A DNA stretch of 64,000 bases from Diplonema japonicum (lineage: Eukaryota > Protista > Euglenozoa: Diplonemea): contig OZ025653.1 in the NCBI GenBank assembly GCA_964019335.1, forward strand, positions 186,001 to 250,000. The letters are read 5' to 3'. Of the stretch, positions 62,353 through 64,000 are shown piece after piece. The number at the start of each line of letters is the position of its first letter. Position 1 is the first letter of the stretch. The notes beneath the pieces were generated by a model. The model made no database searches and was not told the origin of the DNA. It saw nothing but the letters and a program-made list of their open reading frames with translations. Position numbers and translations under genes: made by a program.

Positions 62353-64000
62353 ATTGCCTTTTAACCCGAAGCAAGTGTTGCCGTAAGAGAAAAAAAAAAA
62401 AAAAAATATCATTATTAATTTCGCGTGCAAAATGTTGTTTTTTTTTTCCCCTTAATTCTTCCTTTTTTTTTTGCTTGAAAAAGAATGTAAATATATCAAC
62501 GCAATTAAATAAAAAATTAAATGTATGAATTAGAATAGATTTTTTGCCCTCTTACTTGTTGGGATTTAAAAGGGAAAAAGTGGGCGGCCTTGTGTGACTT
62601 AACAAGACTACAAAGAAATAAGGGGGCAAAATAAAAAGGGGGGAAAAAAAACTTTAATTTTTTAATAAAAAAGCAGAGGGGTAAAACATTATTTCTTTTT
62701 TTTTTTTTGCAAGCCGCGTTATAAAAGTAATTCCGCGATTTGAGGATCTCTTTCTTCTTTCTTTCTTTTTTCTTTTTTACCCCGTGGGTGACACCCCCCC
62801 CCCCCCCCCCCCTACCCCAAAAGACATCGCATTTATCTCAATTGTACTCTTTTTTCTTTAGAGATATATATATATATATATTTTTTTTTTAAAAAAAATA
62901 AAAAGGCCAAATCCAAACTAAAGGTGGCCTATCAGGGCAGGAACAAAGGAGTCACGTTATTTTTCTGATTTCTTTTTGCAACCCCTTCGCCTTTTACATA
63001 ATGACCCATGAACACTGTCGAAAATTCAAGGTATATAACGACCCTCTTACCACCAACTGACAATTTCAACCCCCCGTTTCCGTTTTAAGAAAAATCGGAA
63101 CTTCAGTTCAGTTTTGTGCTCATTATTGGTCGGTAAGAAAATAGCTATTTCTCCCTTTTTTTTTTCCTTTTTTTTTTTCTTCTTTTTTTTCCCCCTCTTT
63201 TTCCCATCATGCATTTCCAAAAAAAAGAAAGGGGAAAAAGAAAGTCATGTTGTAAAAAAAAAAAAAAAAAAGATGAATTTTCAGTTTCTTTTTTCTTTCG
63301 AATAAAAAAGAATTTACGGAGGGGGAGGAAGAAAAAAAAAAGGAAATTGAAGGCTATAACAAGAACACCATGGATGAGGAGAGGGAGAAAAGAAAGAAAA
63401 GAGGGAAGGGAGGAAGGATGGAAGGAAGAAGAGAAAAGAAAGAATAGAAGAAAGTAAAGGGAAAAAAAAACTATAGCTCTCAATCAAGAGGGCAGGTGCA
63501 CCAACCGGCGTTTTTTTTTCTTTCTTTTTTTTCGCTTGCTTTCTTTCATTTATTTTTTTGTTTGCTGAACAGTTTAGATCTAAAAAAAAAAAAAATCTCA
63601 CTTCTGACTGTCTTGAAGAAGAGTAGCCAAAGTTGAAAATATAAGCTTTCTTCATGTTTTTTATTTTATTTTTTATTTTAGTTCATTTTTGCTTGATTTT
63701 CTTTTTTGAAACTCCTGTTTAACAGAAAGAAAAATCGCTTCGAATTTCCTTTTTTTTTTTTTAAATTGCATTTTCTTTTTTTTTTGATAAAAAAAAATAT
63801 TTTTCTTTCTAAACAGGAGACTACCTTTTGGAGAAAAGGGTAAAAAAAATCTTTTTTGAGGCTCGCAATATCTTTTTTTTTTTTTTTTTCCTTCTTGCAA
63901 CTTGTATTATTTCTCTCCCGCCCCCCACCTCCCCCCCCCTTTCCCCCTCTGTACCTCAACTCAAAGAAAAATGCACATTTCTTTAAAAAAAGAGGAAAAC
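57440..64000. repeat. Gene-free homopolymer-rich low-complexity region
   Basis: >6.5 kb of A/T/G/C runs with no credible ORF on either strand. Confidence 0.8.
59195..59222 (+). repeat. (GGGGA)5 tandem repeat, G-quadruplex-capable
   Basis: Five GGGGA units plus GGG. Confidence 0.7.

Noticed and set aside
57410-63959. Numerous poly-K/F ORFs here and at 4508-5170 and 39927-44601
   Set aside because: Translations of homopolymer runs, not genes.
1-64000. CRISPR arrays, rRNA genes, telomeric repeats, intact transposase or RT genes, prokaryotic operon signals
   Set aside because: None seen; the window is eukaryotic.

Overview
Eukaryotic nuclear DNA, most consistent with a diplonemid (Euglenozoa). 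About 20 protein-coding genes all lie on the minus strand, often separated by only ~60-120 nt, which suggests a polycistronic, trans-spliced cluster. Several carry tiny GT-AG cis-introns (mostly 29-46 nt, donor GTATGY, acceptor CAG). Elongation is served by EFL, not EF-1alpha. Genes from left to right: a catalytically degenerate DEAD-box protein (missed by the ORF track, runs off the left edge), a receptor adenylate cyclase with a second degenerate cyclase domain, a membrane protein with nine Tudor/SH3-like repeats, cytochrome b561, divergent THOC1, an intronless 4.4-kaa secreted multidomain protein, a PDZ protein, a hypothetical protein, EFL, UPF1, a 2.4-kaa PH/TH1-like/RUN protein, a small acidic protein, an amino-acid transporter, GCP3, a probable kleisin, two poorly characterised proteins, an EF-hand protein, an FSH1 hydrolase and a dual-acylated small protein. 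Three multi-kb homopolymer-rich spacers interrupt the cluster. The most unusual signal is the single long (640-nt) UPF1 intron. Its ends are clamped by a ~20-bp RNA helix (mismatches are G.U-compatible on the transcribed strand) that shrinks it to mini-intron size. It sits in the 1B regulatory loop, has an in-frame alternative donor, and holds a tRNA-like relic. Gene models and domain calls were made by eye; no database searches were run.
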